Below, one piece after another: positions 16,093-25,948 of a stretch of 64,000 nucleotides of DNA (the first letter of the stretch is position 1; the number at the start of each line of letters is the position of its first letter). Where the stretch lies: assembly GCA_041946965.1 (NCBI GenBank), contig JBHGBM010000017.1:8534-72533 (forward strand), read 5' to 3'. Position numbers and translations under genes: made by a program. The stretch is from Bryobacteraceae bacterium. GTDB lineage: Bacteria; Acidobacteriota; Terriglobia; Bryobacterales; Bryobacteraceae. The notes under the pieces were generated by a model that ran no database searches, was not told where the DNA came from, and saw nothing but the letters and a program-made list of their open reading frames with translations.

Positions 16093-17505
16093 ATGAATCG
16101 TCGAGATTTCGGACGCGCCGTCGGCGCCGGCGCGCTGGTTTCGCCCTTTTCGCAAGCGGCGAAACCCGCCTACATCGCGGCCCGCGGTCCCGCCGAACCC
16201 GTGGGGTCTGTGAAGGCGGTGTTCAGTTATCCGCCTACGTCGAAACTGCGCGAGGAAGGCTATTATAGCTGGCCCGGCAGCAGCTTTGACGCGGAGGGAC
16301 GCCAGAAGGAGTACTCCGCGGCGCTCCAGCGCGTGGCCGCGGAGTTGAATCTGCGGATGGAGATCGAGCGGAAGCCGATCGATACCAAGGCGGATGTGGA
16401 GAGCTTTCTCGCCTCGCTCAAGACCTCCCGCCCCGACGGGTTGCTGCTGATCCCGTTCAAGAAGAGCCACGCCGATAACCTGTTCCCGATTATCGACAAC
16501 GCCGGACTGCCCGCCGTGGTATTCGGCGTCGTGGGCGTGCTGCTCAATCCGCAGTTGCGCGAGTTCAGCGCCCGTCCGAAGACCATCCTGATCAACTCGC
16601 TCGAGGACATTACCTCCGTGCGCCAGGCTCTGAAGCTCATCCAGACCCGCCGGCGCATGGCCGACAGCACCATCGTGAATCTGGCCGGAACCGCACGCCG
16701 CGAATCCCGGGTTCCGCACCTCGGAACCAGGGTGCAGCAGGTGCCGCTCCAGGATTTCTACGATCTCTACGCCAAGATCGGCAACAGCGAGGAGGTGAAC
16801 GTGCGTGCTGCCCGGTACATGCGGGAGGCGGTGCGCATCCTGGAGCCCAGCCAGAAGGACGTGTACGAGTCGGCGAAGTGCTACCCGGTCCTTAAGGCGA
16901 TCGTCCAGCGCGAGAAAGCCGACGCCATGATGATGACCTGCCTGCCGGGGCTGCGGCAGCCGCACAAGCACGTCCCCCCGTGTATGGGGTTCATGGACAT
17001 GCGCGACGAGGGTATTCCCACGGGCTGCGAGTCCGATCTCGATGCGACGCTCACCATGATGTTGATCCAGTTCCTCTTTGACCGGCCCGCGTTCCAGCAC
17101 AACCCGACGGCGGACACGGAGCGGAACGTCTATTTCGGCGCGCACTGCACCAGCGCGGCGCGGATGCACGGACCGGACGGTCCGCGGGAGTCTTACGCGC
17201 TTCGCAGCCACGCGGAGGCGGGTTGGGGCTGCGTGCCCCAGGTGCTGTTCTCGGCTGGACAGAAGGTCACCTTCGGCAAGTACCACAGCCAGGCGAAGCC
17301 GCCCAACATGGTGATTTACTCCGGAACCATCGCCGGCTGCCCGGCCAATCCGCCCGCGGGAGGCTGCCGGACCAACCTGGAGGTCAAGCTCGACGGCGTG
17401 GAGCCGATGCAGGTCAAGAGCCACCACCTGTGCCTCTGCTATGGTGAGAACGCCGCGCAGCTCCGGGCCTTCTGCCGGATGCACGATATCACGGCCACGG
17501 CGTAG
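16093..17505 (+). CDS. Tat-signal protein of unknown function (possibly sugar-isomerase-like fold)
   Basis: ATG 16093 is preceded by GAGAGGAG. The twin-arginine N-terminus is MNRRDFGRAVGAGALV. The fold guess is weak. Confidence 0.6.
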   Translation: MNRRDFGRAVGAGALVSPFSQAAKPAYIAARGPAEPVGSVKAVFSYPPTSKLREEGYYSWPGSSFDAEGRQKEYSAALQRVAAELNLRMEIERKPIDTKADVESFLASLKTSRPDGLLLIPFKKSHADNLFPIIDNAGLPAVVFGVVGVLLNPQLREFSARPKTILINSLEDITSVRQALKLIQTRRRMADSTIVNLAGTARRESRVPHLGTRVQQVPLQDFYDLYAKIGNSEEVNVRAARYMREAVRILEPSQKDVYESAKCYPVLKAIVQREKADAMMMTCLPGLRQPHKHVPPCMGFMDMRDEGIPTGCESDLDATLTMMLIQFLFDRPAFQHNPTADTERNVYFGAHCTSAARMHGPDGPRESYALRSHAEAGWGCVPQVLFSAGQKVTFGKYHSQAKPPNMVIYSGTIAGCPANPPAGGCRTNLEVKLDGVEPMQVKSHHLCLCYGENAAQLRAFCRMHDITATA

Positions 17506-17527
17506 GCCGGACCCGTCCCCCGCCGGG

Positions 17528-18091
17528 TCAGAACTCCGGCCTGAGCTCGATCCGCCAGTGAAATTCGCGGCTGGGTTCGAGCGCCACGACACCCCGGCGC
17601 AATACGAGTGAATTTTGCAGCCCGGCCCACGGCTCGGGACTGAAATAGCCCCGGCCGGGATCGCCCCAGAGGTTGGACTGCACCAGCGGCGCCGGCGGCA
17701 GGGCGCTCGCCTCGTGGCTGATGGTCAACAGCGGCCCCGCCGGATCCTTCAATCGCAGGCGCGGGTTCCCGCTGTAGCCGCCCAGCGAAACCGCCGTGCG
17801 CGCGTCGAAATCGGCCAGGCGAACCGGCGGGGTGAGGCTTCGAGGCCGGCTCTCGCCTGCCGGGAGCCCTTCGGGAGTCTTCAAAGACTCGACCGTGGAC
17901 GGCGTTTCGAGTTCCATCGCCCCCGCCTCGCTGCCGGGCGCAAACGGCACGCGGAAGGTGATGTGGTTCCCGATGGAAAAGAACATCGCATCGCGGTTCT
18001 CCCTGGCAGCCGCCACGTCGTAGCGAATGGAGAGCCGGCCGCCCACTTCAGGAAATCTCGATAACCTCCCAGATCCCGAGCCTGCCGGCAT
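17528..18091 (-). CDS. Aldose 1-epimerase (mutarotase)-like protein, C-terminal half only; possibly truncated
   Basis: FFSIGNHITFRVPF...GYFSPEPWAGL resembles the C-terminal half of galactose-mutarotase-like proteins. At 187 aa or fewer it is short for the family. The annotated start overlaps the upstream gene by 44 nt; ATG 17986 is an alternative start. Confidence 0.4.
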   Translation of the reverse strand: MPAGSGSGRLSRFPEVGGRLSIRYDVAAARENRDAMFFSIGNHITFRVPFAPGSEAGAMELETPSTVESLKTPEGLPAGESRPRSLTPPVRLADFDARTAVSLGGYSGNPRLRLKDPAGPLLTISHEASALPPAPLVQSNLWGDPGRGYFSPEPWAGLQNSLVLRRGVVALEPSREFHWRIELRPEF

Positions 18092-20291
18092 CGATCCAGG
18101 TCCACTCGCCCTCGGTCTTCATGCGCAGCACGCGCCCGCCCGGCCGCGTTCGGGCAATCCCGGCAGCCAGCCCCCGGGCCAGCCGGATCCTCACGTCGTG
18201 GACGGGTATGGCTTCATGCATGGACGCGCCTTCGCCTTGCGCCAGTCCGGCGCCCGTGCGGTTCAGCAGGTGCACGATGGTGCGTTTCGCCGGCTCGTCC
18301 CGCCACAACACGGTTTCGACGGTTTCGGGCGCTACGGCCGAGATGGGAGGCTCCACGCCAGCCGCCCAGATGGCGGCGTTCACGATGAGCTGGCGCGTAT
18401 CGGTGTGACTGGTTCGGGCGTAGATGGACCCGAGCGGCGCGGCGGCATAGACCACCCGCCCTTTGCCGCAGCCTCGCGCAACCAGCGCCGGGATTTGCGT
18501 TCTTTCATGCGGCGGATAGCCCATGTGAAACCCGCGCAGGGGGTTTACGATCGTTCCGATGACTTCGGCGTCCGCCTGCGTCTTCGTTCGTGTTTGGAGC
18601 GTCTGGTACACGCTCATCGGGAAGTTCAGCGGGAGCCCTCCTGTGAGAGCGTGCTTACGTTCCAGGTTCACGAAGCTGTACCAGTGTTCCGTCATCCCCT
18701 GGTAATTCACGCCCGCCACCGCTGCGAGCGCGAAATCCCGCCGCAGGGCGCCGTCGCCGTTGCGCAGCGAGGTGCGGCCCGTCACCACCAGCCCGCCGCC
18801 GTCTCTCACGAACGATTCGAGCGGCGCGAGACAGGCTTCCGGCAGGCACTCGGCGGAATCGATCAGAACGACGCGGGCGCCCCGGAAACGGCCCGCGGCC
18901 ACGTCGCGCTCTGAGACGAGTTCCACAGGGACGCGTTTTTCCATCAGTGCGTGGTGGCATCCCTTCAGCCCGCTCGCGTGCAGGGATCTCGCCTCGCCCG
19001 GCGCCGAGCACTCGGTGGCCTTCGACCAGAGAACCAGCGCGTAGGGCACCCGCCGGCCCACGCCGCTCCACGGCTGCCGCGCGGCAACTTCCTCGAACGC
19101 GGGCTGGAGCGCCGCCAGGCTGCGTTCTTCCAGCGAGCCGTCCGGCCGGACCTGGTCGTAATACTGCGGGAATCCTCCGTGCGCGGCCACCGCGCTCATC
19201 TCCGTCAGCAGCGCGTCGGCGCCGCGCACCTGGTAGTCGCGCGAGGCGCTGCGGGCGCCTCCGGGACGATTGGCGAAACGCCAGATCTCGATTTCGAAGG
19301 GTGCTTCCGGCTTGTAGGCCCGGTTGCGCTCGCAAAGCAGCGAGAGCCCGCCGTAGGTCTCGGTGATGTGAAACTCCTGGGAAACGTAATCGTCTCCGTC
19401 GCAGACATCCCAGTCCGATCCGCCCGCCAGTCCCGCGCCGTTGTGCGTCACGGTGAGCTTCGGATTCACCGAGCGGATGTGATCCGAGAGTTCCTTAAGA
19501 ATTCTGGAATTCAGCTCGCGGCGCCACTTGGCGTAGGCGCGCCCCTCGGCCGAGCCGAGCGGGGGGCGCGGTATCTCCTTGCCCGTGGCCCGCCGGTAGG
19601 CCGTCTTGCAGGATTCGCAATAACACGGATTCACGCGCGCCCACCAGCCGAAGCAGTCCAGCCAGAAACCGTCGAAATCGTAATTGCCGGAGAGCTCGGC
19701 AAGAATGTCCTTGATGTACTGGCGGTGCGGGCCGTTCATACAAACCACCGGCCGCTCTTCGCGCGAAGCGAGCAGCGGGTTGTCGTTGGTCAGCAGAACC
19801 GGCCGGCCATCGGCTCCCACGGCGCGCCGCTCCGGCGCCAGAAACGACCGGCGCTCGCGCGAAAGTTGGACATAGAAGAGCAGGCTGAGGCCGCGCCGCC
19901 GGCACAGGCGGGAGAAATCGGCCATCAGGTCGCGGCTGCCCAGCCCCGAATGCTTGTGAACGATTTTGGAATTGTAGTAGGCGTTGCCCTGGTTGCACTT
20001 GGCGTGCACCAGCAGAACGTTGCTGTTCGCCGCCGCGACCTGCGCGACGATTCGCTCGGGATCGAGCTTCTCGAAGAAGCGCGGCATGCCGGGGACGCCC
20101 TGATCGAGCGGGTCCGGCATCTGAAAATCCAGGAGGAAAACGCGCGGCTGGTTCTTGTACCAGGGCAGGCGGGGCGGAGCGGGCGCGCCGGGAACGGGCG
20201 CAGCCGCCAAAGCCCCCATCTTGACCACCGTTCTGCGGTCGATCACGGGCATAATGGCATGCAACTTAGGTCCATTCCCGGCAAATGTCAA
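18048..20291 (-). CDS. Putative exported glycoside hydrolase (GHL6/GH42-like TIM barrel plus GATase1-like C-terminal domain)
   Basis: The N-terminus is Tat-like (IDRRTVVKMGALAAA). LLVHAKCNQGNAYYNSK...DFDGFWLDCFGWW...CYCESCK is typical of GHL6/GH42-type proteins. ATG 20252 is an alternative start. Confidence 0.55.
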   Translation of the reverse strand: MTFAGNGPKLHAIMPVIDRRTVVKMGALAAAPVPGAPAPPRLPWYKNQPRVFLLDFQMPDPLDQGVPGMPRFFEKLDPERIVAQVAAANSNVLLVHAKCNQGNAYYNSKIVHKHSGLGSRDLMADFSRLCRRRGLSLLFYVQLSRERRSFLAPERRAVGADGRPVLLTNDNPLLASREERPVVCMNGPHRQYIKDILAELSGNYDFDGFWLDCFGWWARVNPCYCESCKTAYRRATGKEIPRPPLGSAEGRAYAKWRRELNSRILKELSDHIRSVNPKLTVTHNGAGLAGGSDWDVCDGDDYVSQEFHITETYGGLSLLCERNRAYKPEAPFEIEIWRFANRPGGARSASRDYQVRGADALLTEMSAVAAHGGFPQYYDQVRPDGSLEERSLAALQPAFEEVAARQPWSGVGRRVPYALVLWSKATECSAPGEARSLHASGLKGCHHALMEKRVPVELVSERDVAAGRFRGARVVLIDSAECLPEACLAPLESFVRDGGGLVVTGRTSLRNGDGALRRDFALAAVAGVNYQGMTEHWYSFVNLERKHALTGGLPLNFPMSVYQTLQTRTKTQADAEVIGTIVNPLRGFHMGYPPHERTQIPALVARGCGKGRVVYAAAPLGSIYARTSHTDTRQLIVNAAIWAAGVEPPISAVAPETVETVLWRDEPAKRTIVHLLNRTGAGLAQGEGASMHEAIPVHDVRIRLARGLAAGIARTRPGGRVLRMKTEGEWTWIDAGRLGIWEVIEIS

Positions 20292-20342
20292 GGAGCTTCG
20301 CGGAAGCGCCCTCGCGCAGAACGTTCGGACGCGGCCTCTGTC

Positions 20343-21755
20343 TCAGGCTGCCGGCCGTATGTTCTGGTTCAGGCGGAACAGATTGCCCGGATCGTATTTC
20401 TGTTTGACCGCCGCCAGCCGCGCGTAATTGCCGCGGTAACTGGCCGCGATCCGGTCTTCGCCTTCGTCCATGAGGAAATTCACGTAGGCTCCCCCGGCGG
20501 AGTGCGGATGGAGCGCGGACCAGTAGGCGCGCACCCAGTCGCGGTATTGCGGCATGGGCGCCGGATCGGGACTGACGGCGGCCAGGATGTGAGTGAACTT
20601 TACGTCCCGGTAGGCGAACGCCGTCGCGTCCGCCGCCACGTCGTGAACGGCGCCGTCCAGCGGGTAGATATGCACGGCGGAGTGCACGGTCGGAATCTCA
20701 GGACCGTAGCGGACGTGCCCGGCGATCACCTGCTCATTGAGGCCGCGGACAAAATCGGCTTTCCAGTAATGGTGCAGTCCGTGCGGCAGCAGGGCGTCGA
20801 ACATGCTCTGCACGGAGGGATACGGCGCCGCGTGTCCCAGCGCGAACGCCGGCGGGCCGAACTCGCGAAGGGGGCGGGTCAAGCGCTCGCCCTTCTTCAA
20901 GTCCCCGGAATACACGTAGACAATGCCGCACATGGTCTTCATGTGCAACTCCTGAGGGAACGGCGGCGCCGGCGGAACCACCAGGTAGGCGAAGAACGCG
21001 CTCAGCTCGCGCGGCGCGCCGGCCATGAAATCCGCGAAGAACCGCAGCGCGTCCGCCCCCTTCTCCAGCGGATAAAGCACCGGCCCCGCATACACCGCGC
21101 CGACGGGGTGCAGCCGGAACTCGAATGAGGTCACAATGCCGAAATTGCCGCCCCCGCCGCGGATCGCCCAGAAGAGGTCGCTGTTCTGGTTCGCGCTGGC
21201 GGTGAGCATGCGCCCGCCGGCGGTCACCACATCCGCCGAGATCAGGTTGTCGCAGGAGAGCCCGTAACGCCGGGTGAGGTGGCCGAAACCGCCGCCCAGC
21301 GTGAGTCCGCCCACACCCGTGGTGGAAATCACGCCGCCGGGCGTCGCCAGCCCGAACACGTGGGTGGCATGATCCAGATCGCCCCAGGTGCAGCCGCCGT
21401 CCACGCGCGCGACGCGCTTCACCGGGTCCACGCGAATGCCTTTCATCCGCGAGAGGTCGATCACCAGCCCGTCGTCGCACGTGCCAAACCCCGGCACGCT
21501 GTGACTGCCGCACCGCACCGCGGGAGCCAGTCCCTCGTCCCTGGCGAAATTCACGCAGCCGATCACGTCCGCCACGTCCGCGCACTGCACTATCAGGCGC
21601 GGCCGGCGGTCGATCATGGCGTTGTATACCCGGCGGGCGGCGTCATAGGCCGCGTCCGCCGGACGGATTACCCTGCCGCGCAGCGTGGAAATAAAGCTTT
21701 CAACCGCGGCCTCCGCGGACCGGGTTGAAACCGGCGCGGCGATAGATGGTCCCAT
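20343..21755 (-). CDS. FAD-binding oxidoreductase (FAD_binding_4 / berberine-bridge-enzyme-like)
   Basis: RPRLIVQCADVADV...RCGSHSVPG..., GGLTLGGGFGHLTRRYGL and LFWAIRGGGGNFGIVTSFEF are hallmark motifs of the family. Confidence 0.85.
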   Translation of the reverse strand: MGPSIAAPVSTRSAEAAVESFISTLRGRVIRPADAAYDAARRVYNAMIDRRPRLIVQCADVADVIGCVNFARDEGLAPAVRCGSHSVPGFGTCDDGLVIDLSRMKGIRVDPVKRVARVDGGCTWGDLDHATHVFGLATPGGVISTTGVGGLTLGGGFGHLTRRYGLSCDNLISADVVTAGGRMLTASANQNSDLFWAIRGGGGNFGIVTSFEFRLHPVGAVYAGPVLYPLEKGADALRFFADFMAGAPRELSAFFAYLVVPPAPPFPQELHMKTMCGIVYVYSGDLKKGERLTRPLREFGPPAFALGHAAPYPSVQSMFDALLPHGLHHYWKADFVRGLNEQVIAGHVRYGPEIPTVHSAVHIYPLDGAVHDVAADATAFAYRDVKFTHILAAVSPDPAPMPQYRDWVRAYWSALHPHSAGGAYVNFLMDEGEDRIAASYRGNYARLAAVKQKYDPGNLFRLNQNIRPAA

Positions 21756-21859
21756 GTTGTCGCCCCTCCAAGGAAATGTGGGACCAGTTTCCCGCGATCG
21801 GATGCTCCCGTCAACTCCAGGGAGTATCCGCGAATACGTTCCGGATGTGAACGGAGTCC

Positions 21860-23269
21860 CTATTCGTTCAGCGGCAGCGGGAGGAAGTCCCAGTCGAGAA
21901 TCATCTTCTCCTGCAACGCCTCGACGAGCTTGCGTTCGACGGCGGCCACGTCCTTGCGTCCCGCGATGTTCTCCAGCTCGGCGGGGTCCTTTTCCAGGTC
22001 GTACAACTCCAGCACGGGGCGTGCGCCGAAATAAGCGCGATCGAATTTCGGCTCAAGCCGGCCCCACAAATGCTCATCCGTCATCTCGAGCCAACTGCGC
22101 TCCGTGTAGCTGTCCACGGGCGAGTACTTCATCTGCGGCGTGCAGTTGTAAATCAGCTTGTGGCGATCCGAGCGCGCCATGCGGGAGAGGTCGAAGGTGT
22201 GGGTGGTGGCGCCCTCTTTGAACGGCCGGCTGCCGTGCGTGAGCCGGGCCGCAAACACATGCTCGCGGGGGGCGCCGCCGCGATTCTCCAGCAGCGGCAG
22301 GAAACTGCGGCCGGACATCACGCGCGGTACCGGAAGCCCCGCGGCTTCCAGGAACGTCGGACCCAGGTCTTCTCCGGAAAGCAGGGAGTCGCTCGTGGAA
22401 CCGGGGCGGATCCGCCCGGGCCAGCGAGCCAGGCAGGGCACGTTCAGCCCGGGGTCGTAGAGAGTGCCCTTGCCGTGGGGGAAGGCGAAGCCGTTATCGC
22501 CCAAGAACAGCACCAGCGTGTTTTCGGCGAAGCCGCGCCGCTCCAGGGCGTCGAGTACGGTCTGAAATTCTCCGTCCATGCGCGCGATTTCGTCATAGTA
22601 GCGGCCGAGGTCTTCGCGCACGCCCGGCAGGTCCGGCAAATACTTCGGCACGGGAATACGGGCGCGGTCGTGCGGGTGCGGAATGGCATCCTTGTCCCAG
22701 GGATAATGCGGGTCGTTGAAGTTGACCCACAGAAAGAACGGCTTCTCCTTCGGCTTGCGGGAGAAGAATTCGTCGAGGCGCGCGACCGTTTGCCCGGGCG
22801 GCGAGATGTCCACGTAATCCATGCGCCGCGCCATGGTGCGAAGCCCGTACTTCTTGTAGATGGGACCGCTCACGGGGCCGCCTCCGGCTCCGTCGAGGTG
22901 GTGCTGGCGGCGGCAAACCCCGGTGAAGTAGCCGGCCGCGCGCAGGTCTTCCGCGAATGTGCGCACGCCGGCGGGCAGCGGCGAGGTGAACCGCCCCATG
23001 CGGACCGCGACCGGCGAGCGCCCCGTCAGGAAGGCCGCGCGCGAAGGCACGCATTGCGGCGCCGCCGTGAACATGCGGTTGCAGCGCATACCCTCGGAAG
23101 CGAAGCGATCCAGGTTGGGCGTCCGAATGGCCGGGTTTCCTGCCGCGCCCAGAAACTCCGCGGAGTGATCGTCAGAGAGGATGAGAACCAGATTCGGTCT
23201 GGACGCCGCCTGCGATTTCAGCAAGGCCGGCGCTAGCGTGGCGGTCATCTGCCGCCGTGTGAGTTTCAT
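21860..23269 (-). CDS. Sulfatase (formylglycine-dependent, CxPxR type)
   Basis: From ATG 23269: MKLTRRQMTATLAPALL...PNLVLILSDDHS...FTAAPQCVPSRAAFLTGR. Track ORF 21860..24157 is an artefactual upstream extension. Confidence 0.85.
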   Translation of the reverse strand: MKLTRRQMTATLAPALLKSQAASRPNLVLILSDDHSAEFLGAAGNPAIRTPNLDRFASEGMRCNRMFTAAPQCVPSRAAFLTGRSPVAVRMGRFTSPLPAGVRTFAEDLRAAGYFTGVCRRQHHLDGAGGGPVSGPIYKKYGLRTMARRMDYVDISPPGQTVARLDEFFSRKPKEKPFFLWVNFNDPHYPWDKDAIPHPHDRARIPVPKYLPDLPGVREDLGRYYDEIARMDGEFQTVLDALERRGFAENTLVLFLGDNGFAFPHGKGTLYDPGLNVPCLARWPGRIRPGSTSDSLLSGEDLGPTFLEAAGLPVPRVMSGRSFLPLLENRGGAPREHVFAARLTHGSRPFKEGATTHTFDLSRMARSDRHKLIYNCTPQMKYSPVDSYTERSWLEMTDEHLWGRLEPKFDRAYFGARPVLELYDLEKDPAELENIAGRKDVAAVERKLVEALQEKMILDWDFLPLPLNE

Positions 23270-23271
23270 AT

Positions 23272-24291
23272 TCACGTGACGTTCCTTTGCGCCCAGAGGA
23301 GACTGGCCTCCATGTCTTCGAGTTCCCGCGCGGCCATCTGTTCCTTGGCCACCTTGGGGACCTCCTGCGGCTTGCCGGTTTCGGCCAGGGCCAGAAAGCG
23401 CGAGAACTCCCACGCCGGCGTGCTTAGGTAAGCGCTCCAGAATGCCGGCTCCAGGCAGCGGAAAACGCGCGGCCCGGTCACAATCACCTCCAGCGCCAGA
23501 GCCTTGCCCGGGCAGAGCGCGGCAAACTTCCTGATGTAACCCAGGATGTCCACGTTGCCTTCCCCCATGCGCACCCAGCGGACCGCAACGCCCTCCGGCA
23601 CGCGCCACAGGTAGCTGTCGCGAACGTGGCTGGTGAGCGTGTAGGGCGCGAGCACCTCCAGCGCAAGGTGCGGATCTTCGATCGCCCACACCGGATTGCC
23701 GGAATCGAGGCACGCGCCCACGAATTCCCTGCCCGCGGCGTCGATCAGCATCTTCAACTCCCGCGCCTGCATGTCGCCGGAGTGGTTTTCGATGGCGATC
23801 CTGATTCCTTCGCCCTCGGCTTGCGAACGCACGTTGCGGAGCACCCGGATGGTGTTCTCGATGTGCCGCTCGATTCCGCCATCGCCCGCGCGGTCCGCGG
23901 ACGAACCCAGCACCGCGCGCACGATCGGCGAGCCGGCGGCCTTCGCGGCCCCTATCATGCGGCCCAACTGCGCTTCGGCCGTGCCCTGCGCGGCGTCGAA
24001 CATACGCGAGGAGGGGCAGATCGACTTCATGCCGATCTCGACGTCGAGCCCCAGTTTCGCGGCATGCGCGCGCACCTTGGCCAGGTGGTCTCTTTCCAGG
24101 CTGCCGAGAAAACGGATTTCGGAAAAGAACGCCACTTTCACCTTGCTGCGGGCGCAATAGTCCAGCATTTGAAACGGCGACCAGCCCTGGCTGCGCACGC
24201 TGAACAGGTCGATTCCGAGCCGGAGCGGCGCCGCGGCGCCCGCCCCCGCGGCGGCGGCGCTCGCCATGAAGACCCTGCGGTTCATCTGCAT
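23272..24291 (-). CDS. Xylose-isomerase-like TIM-barrel protein (sugar phosphate isomerase/epimerase family) with Tat signal
   Basis: The N-terminus is MQMNRRVFMASAAAAGAGAAA. IAIENHSGD...LDSGN are typical AP_endonuc_2-fold motifs. The stop lies 2 nt before the sulfatase start. Confidence 0.75.
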   Translation of the reverse strand: MQMNRRVFMASAAAAGAGAAAPLRLGIDLFSVRSQGWSPFQMLDYCARSKVKVAFFSEIRFLGSLERDHLAKVRAHAAKLGLDVEIGMKSICPSSRMFDAAQGTAEAQLGRMIGAAKAAGSPIVRAVLGSSADRAGDGGIERHIENTIRVLRNVRSQAEGEGIRIAIENHSGDMQARELKMLIDAAGREFVGACLDSGNPVWAIEDPHLALEVLAPYTLTSHVRDSYLWRVPEGVAVRWVRMGEGNVDILGYIRKFAALCPGKALALEVIVTGPRVFRCLEPAFWSAYLSTPAWEFSRFLALAETGKPQEVPKVAKEQMAARELEDMEASLLWAQRNVT

Positions 24292-24302
24292 CTGGGCTTA
24301 TG

Positions 24303-25070
24303 TTACCCCAACAACTCGCGCGCGTTCTCCGAGAGGATCCCCTGGGTTTCAGCCTCCCCGAGTCCCGCTTCTCTCATCTTCAGAAGCGCTGACTCGAAGT
24401 AGTAGAAGGGGAAGTACGAGCCGAACAACACGCGCCGGGGAGAGACCTGTTCCGCCAGCCGCGCCACGCCGCCGACACCCTCCAGCATGGCAATGTCGAA
24501 GAGGATGCCGGGCACGGCGGCAAGGGGCCGGATGGCCTGCGGACTGACGGCGCGAAGCCCGTTCAGCAGCACCAGCCGCAATTGCGGAACCGCGCCCGCC
24601 AGCTTCGGCAGTCCGGACAAGTCTACCGGCGGCGCCTGCATCAGCGGGTGCTGCACGCGGGCGTCTTCCATCTGCGCCGCAATCTGCACCACCAGGCCGC
24701 GCGCGCCTGCCATCCGCAGGAGTTCTCCGGCCGCCGGATCCTCCAGCGTGTAGCCATGGTAATTCGGATGCAGGCGGATGCCGCGCATCTTGTAGTCCTC
24801 ATGGCAGCGCCGCAGCTCCTCGCGCCAGTCGGGCAGTTTCGGATTCACCGAACCGAAGGGCGCGAGCAAACCCTCGCCGTGGCGGCGGCAGTCCCGGACC
24901 AGACGCGCATTCGCCCCGCCGATGTCCTTGTGAAAAACTCCTTCGAAGCTCCCGGTCCACGCCTGCGCGACGCCGTACCGCCGCAGCCGCGCCGCCAGCG
25001 CCGCGGGCTCGTCATCCGGCAGCCGGCGAAAGGGCCAGCGGCCAAGGTACACGTTGGCATCGACGATCAT
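24303..25070 (-). CDS. Amidohydrolase-2 family metal-dependent hydrolase (255 aa)
   Basis: From ATG 25070: MIVDANVYLGRWPFRR... with an amidohydrolase-like layout. The start forms an ATGA overlap with the upstream gene stop. Confidence 0.65.
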   Translation of the reverse strand: MIVDANVYLGRWPFRRLPDDEPAALAARLRRYGVAQAWTGSFEGVFHKDIGGANARLVRDCRRHGEGLLAPFGSVNPKLPDWREELRRCHEDYKMRGIRLHPNYHGYTLEDPAAGELLRMAGARGLVVQIAAQMEDARVQHPLMQAPPVDLSGLPKLAGAVPQLRLVLLNGLRAVSPQAIRPLAAVPGILFDIAMLEGVGGVARLAEQVSPRRVLFGSYFPFYYFESALLKMREAGLGEAETQGILSENARELLG

Positions 25071-25948
25071 ACGCTCATCCCCTTGGCCCGCATGATGGGA
25101 GCGAGCAGGCGCCGCAGGTTGCCCCCCAGGATGGCTGCGCGCGCCGCCTCGGGAATGTCCGCGCCCATCACCTTGGCGAGCTGCGAGGCGAAGCTCCGCC
25201 CACCCACGTCGCTGCCGTAGAGGACCCGCTCCGCGCCCAGTTCCCGCACCGCGGTCTCGGTGAACCCCGCCGAGGGATCCGATCCTGCCAGGTCCACCGT
25301 AACGTGCCGGAGCGGGCGCACCGAGCGAATGCCCCGCTCCCAATCCGCGCCCGTGTGTCCGAGGATCATTCTGGCGCGGGGATGGCGCCGCGCCAGTTCG
25401 GCGAATTCCTCCGGCGTGGATTCGCCAGGCAGGTTTCCCTGAATCTTCAGATAGGTGTGCTGGAAAACGATGGCTTCCAGCCCCGCGGCGCGCTCCACGA
25501 TGGGGTCGAGCTCCGGCGCGTTGCAGTGTTTCGCGATCCACAGCTTCACGCCGATCATGGGGCCGTCGCGCACGCAGCGGTCGAACTCGCGCAGGCTGGC
25601 CTCCACGTGGTTGGGATTCAGGTAGACTTTGCCCAGGATGCGCTCCGGAGCGCGGCGGATGGCCCGCAGCACCTGGTCGTTGGCCTCGCGAAACTGCTCG
25701 GGCGTGGGATCGGCCTCCACCGGCACAGACAGCACGCAGCGCTCCACCCCCATGCGGTCCGCGAAGCGGATCATGGCATCGGCGCGTTCCTCCGGCGTGG
25801 CGCCCGGAAACCCCATCAGATGGCAGTGCAGGTCCCAGATGCCGCGTGGCAGCTCAACCTGGGCGGCGCCGGCGAGCGGCGTCAACAGGCAGCCCCGCAG
25901 AAACCCGCGCCTTCTCAGGCTTTGGCCAGTTGCGAGCGCTTCGCCCAT
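25067..25948 (-). CDS. Amidohydrolase family protein with Tat-like signal
   Basis: RRRGFLRGCLLTPLAGAA is followed by IWDLHCHL (metal-binding HxH) ...GHTG...YGSD. The start may lie slightly downstream, because the ORF overlaps the DegT gene by 34 nt. Confidence 0.65.
   Translation of the reverse strand: MGEALATGQSLRRRGFLRGCLLTPLAGAAQVELPRGIWDLHCHLMGFPGATPEERADAMIRFADRMGVERCVLSVPVEADPTPEQFREANDQVLRAIRRAPERILGKVYLNPNHVEASLREFDRCVRDGPMIGVKLWIAKHCNAPELDPIVERAAGLEAIVFQHTYLKIQGNLPGESTPEEFAELARRHPRARMILGHTGADWERGIRSVRPLRHVTVDLAGSDPSAGFTETAVRELGAERVLYGSDVGGRSFASQLAKVMGADIPEAARAAILGGNLRRLLAPIMRAKGMSV

Noticed and set aside
16051-21128. Long opposite-strand ORFs 16051..17592(-) and 18951..21128(+)
   Set aside because: They are antisense to coherent protein-coding frames (the Tat protein, the GH-like protein and the FAD oxidase), and their translations are low complexity.
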